In this document: in pieces, positions 61,757 to 64,000 of the stretch
Layout of the letters: every line of letters starts with the position of its first letter
How positions within the stretch are numbered: the stretch's first letter is position 1
Origin: Octopus vulgaris
Taxonomy: Eukaryota
DNA length: 64,000 nucleotides
Assembly: GCA_951406725.2 (NCBI GenBank)
Contig: OX597821.1
Coordinates: forward strand, 73,222,001 to 73,286,000
Reading direction: 5' to 3'
Notes under the pieces: model-generated
What the model saw: only the letters and a program-made list of their open reading frames with translations
Databases searched by the model: none
Told to the model about the DNA's origin: nothing
Position numbers and translations under genes: made by a program

Positions 61757-64000
61757 TGAAACGAACTTAGTGTGAAGTGTATATCTTGTCTTGTACTTTC
61801 GGGGTACAAGAAAGCAATCACTCACTAGCCGTTGCTTTAATAATCCAGAATCTCTGCCCGTCAGAAACAGCAAGACGCAGACGTAAAATATACATATAAC
61901 TACTTTATTCTCTTTCTTGGTAAACAATAACAATAAGTGTGTTATTTGATGTCCTTGGTTCTGGGCGCTCAAGGCTGAAAGTAAATCGATTGTAATATTT
62001 ACAATGTCCAGCCGCTAAACCAGAAAGGGGTCAAGATGGCGTCGAACAGGGAAGTTGAATGTGGTCGGCAACAATTTGGTTAAAGGCATTCGGCCGACTG
62101 CTGCTATCAACCGGAGAAAAAATATATCGTGACCGCCGCCTTCAATCGCTGGGTCCCAAGTCGCCGCTTGCTGCTGCTAGTGGTCAAACGTTCTACGACC
62201 CCCTTGCCTCGCTAACTACCACGATAGGCAGGCGGGTCGTGCTTCCGGTGGTTCGCGCATGCGCGAGAGGGCCCTTCCTTTCTCTGCCTTGGTAAAGGCA
62301 CCAACACGCGCGAAATACAAATGGACGGTGCGCGAGCGCGCGCCGTTGTAGGATCACTACAGGCTCCCCTCCAGTGCGTACGCACGAAAGGAAACTTATT
62401 GTAGTGACTGCAAAACTCAAGGTGGACACCAGATAACCAAATAGCACACAATAATATAATGGCAAAATTTATAACATACACAAGAAATTTACTAAAGGAA
62501 AAAGAGAAAAAATACTCAATGAGCAAAAATCAAGAGTGCATGCATGAAAGTGTATACGTCACAAAGTATAGAGCCTTCCGCTGTAGGAAGCGGAGGGAAT
62601 GCAAAACTCACAGTTAATGAACCTAGGCGAAATTAAATCCAACTTCTCTAAAGGTGGTTGATCCTGCGAAATAGCAGTTAAATCAATTGCTGCAGGAGAG
62701 GAAATGGAATTGACAGAAGATCGCTAGTAACACAAAAGGCAAAAGTGCAAACATGCTGATGTGATGCGCGACACAGATAATTTTCTCTGTTAATTACGTG
62801 ACCAACAGTGGTCTAACAGGGAAAAATAATTACGCCTAAACATGGCGCAGCGCATGTGAACATCCGACGTCTATGAGTCGGGAAAAGAATTAATCTAGCG
62901 CAAACGTGTTGCAATATTCAAGGCAATACACATGCGAAGCAAAAGGCGCATGAAATGCAATAAGGGCTTGCCAGACCGAAAAAAACAGCAATGAATATGC
63001 CAGTGGTTAAGCGATTATATGCTTCGTTCGTATAGGAACAAAAGTATGACATGCTGGCGCGTCATAATAGACAATACAACCCTCTCTATGTATACGTGAC
63101 CGCTAGGGTCTATAGAAATGAGGGGTGTCCACTAAAGGCAAATTTAGCATGGAAAAAACAAGCGAGAAAAGCATGTGTGGCGTATGTATGTGAGAGAGAG
63201 CATTTATGTGTGTGTACGTGTGTGCGACAGAAATACATACAAGGTGAATGCGAGCAAAATACAAAAAATACAGCGCATAGAAAAAAATGTCTCTCGGGCT
63301 ATTCCAGACAATGGAATTAGTTTACCAGTCTATAATAGCCTGATGTACAATAGCAGTTCGTTCTGTAACAGAAATGTTGAAATCACAAAATGCAGATGCC
63401 GGTTGAACACAATGTGTAGCGGTTGTGGCTTCAATGCTGTGACAGGTTAACTGGAACAGAAGAATCTCGTAGATAGACGGTGCTGTTTATCCTTGGTGTG
63501 CATATGCACAAAACAGCGTGCACGCTAAAGTTCCGCGAGTTGCTATGTACATCTTGTGGAGGTCGACGGTGTTGAAAGGCGACGTTGGTGGTGGAAGGCG
63601 ACTGTAGTGGACTTGGGACAACATCGTTCTTAGTGATGATGGCGACGAAGATAGCGACGACGTGAAGTAGACAGACGACGATGATGATGACGAAGGTGGA
63701 GAAAAGGCATCGAATATATGATGGCGTTCGTCATCATGGCTGTAGAATAAGAAAAAGGCTCCTTCTACAACTGTTTGTGGTGGCCGGAAACAAATCGTCG
63801 AAAGATGAATGCGTAGAGTTAAATCGTGTTCCGACTTCGCAGAAAAACTGGATTTTTTTTTGTTGATAAGTGATCTCTGGTTTTAGACCAGAATCACGTC
63901 GGGAGGTCACCAGTGTAAACGAGCGCACGTGTGAGTGTAGTGAATATCTCCGCTTGCACTTTTGGGGTGCAAGTTGGTGCAATCACTCACTAGCCGTTGC
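61757..64000 (-). mobile_element. Non-autonomous Gypsy-like LTR element: 3' LTR ~61757-62361, internal 62362-63913, 5' LTR from 63914 past the window end
   Basis: PBS (reverse complement of 63893-63912) TGGTGACCTCCCGACGTGAT, close to the tRNA-Trp PBS TGGTGACCCCGACGTGAT. PPT GGAGGGGAGCC (62362-62372) abuts TGTAGT. gcaatcactcactagccgttgc is in both LTRs. Minus-strand AATAAA at about 61905. Confidence 0.8.

Noticed and set aside
62033-62053. TGGCGTCGAACAGGGA resembling a tRNA-Lys PBS on the plus strand
   Set aside because: It lies inside the LTR defined by the minus-strand PBS(Trp) and PPT. caagatggcg is better read as a YY1-like motif or chance.

Overview
AT-rich, microsatellite-saturated animal DNA. 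The repeat content resembles an octopus/cephalopod genome (inference). I can support no host protein-coding exon, and nearly all ORF-track entries are translated microsatellites. Recognisable content: (1) a near full-length, frameshifted R4/Dong-clade LINE (RT plus restriction-like endonuclease) inserted in (TAA)n, plus a 3' fragment of it; (2) a decayed hAT (ZMYM1/Tip100-like) transposon with TIRs and TSD nested in a SINE; (3) RTE fragments, one 5'-inverted; (4) a non-coding tRNA-Trp-primed LTR element at the right end; (5) a 1.27-kb foldback palindrome, MITEs and mariner relics; (6) many tRNA-derived SINEs; (7) one tRNA-Glu(TTC) locus with a T-loop mutation. The most notable signal is a set of short non-coding elements carrying type I hammerhead ribozyme motifs, several with Penelope-like inverted ends. 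One is a tRNA-head + (TAA)n + hammerhead unit, a candidate ribozyme-bearing SINE, and a canonical hammerhead lies at 61606-61701. Coordinates were read by eye and may be off by a few bases.
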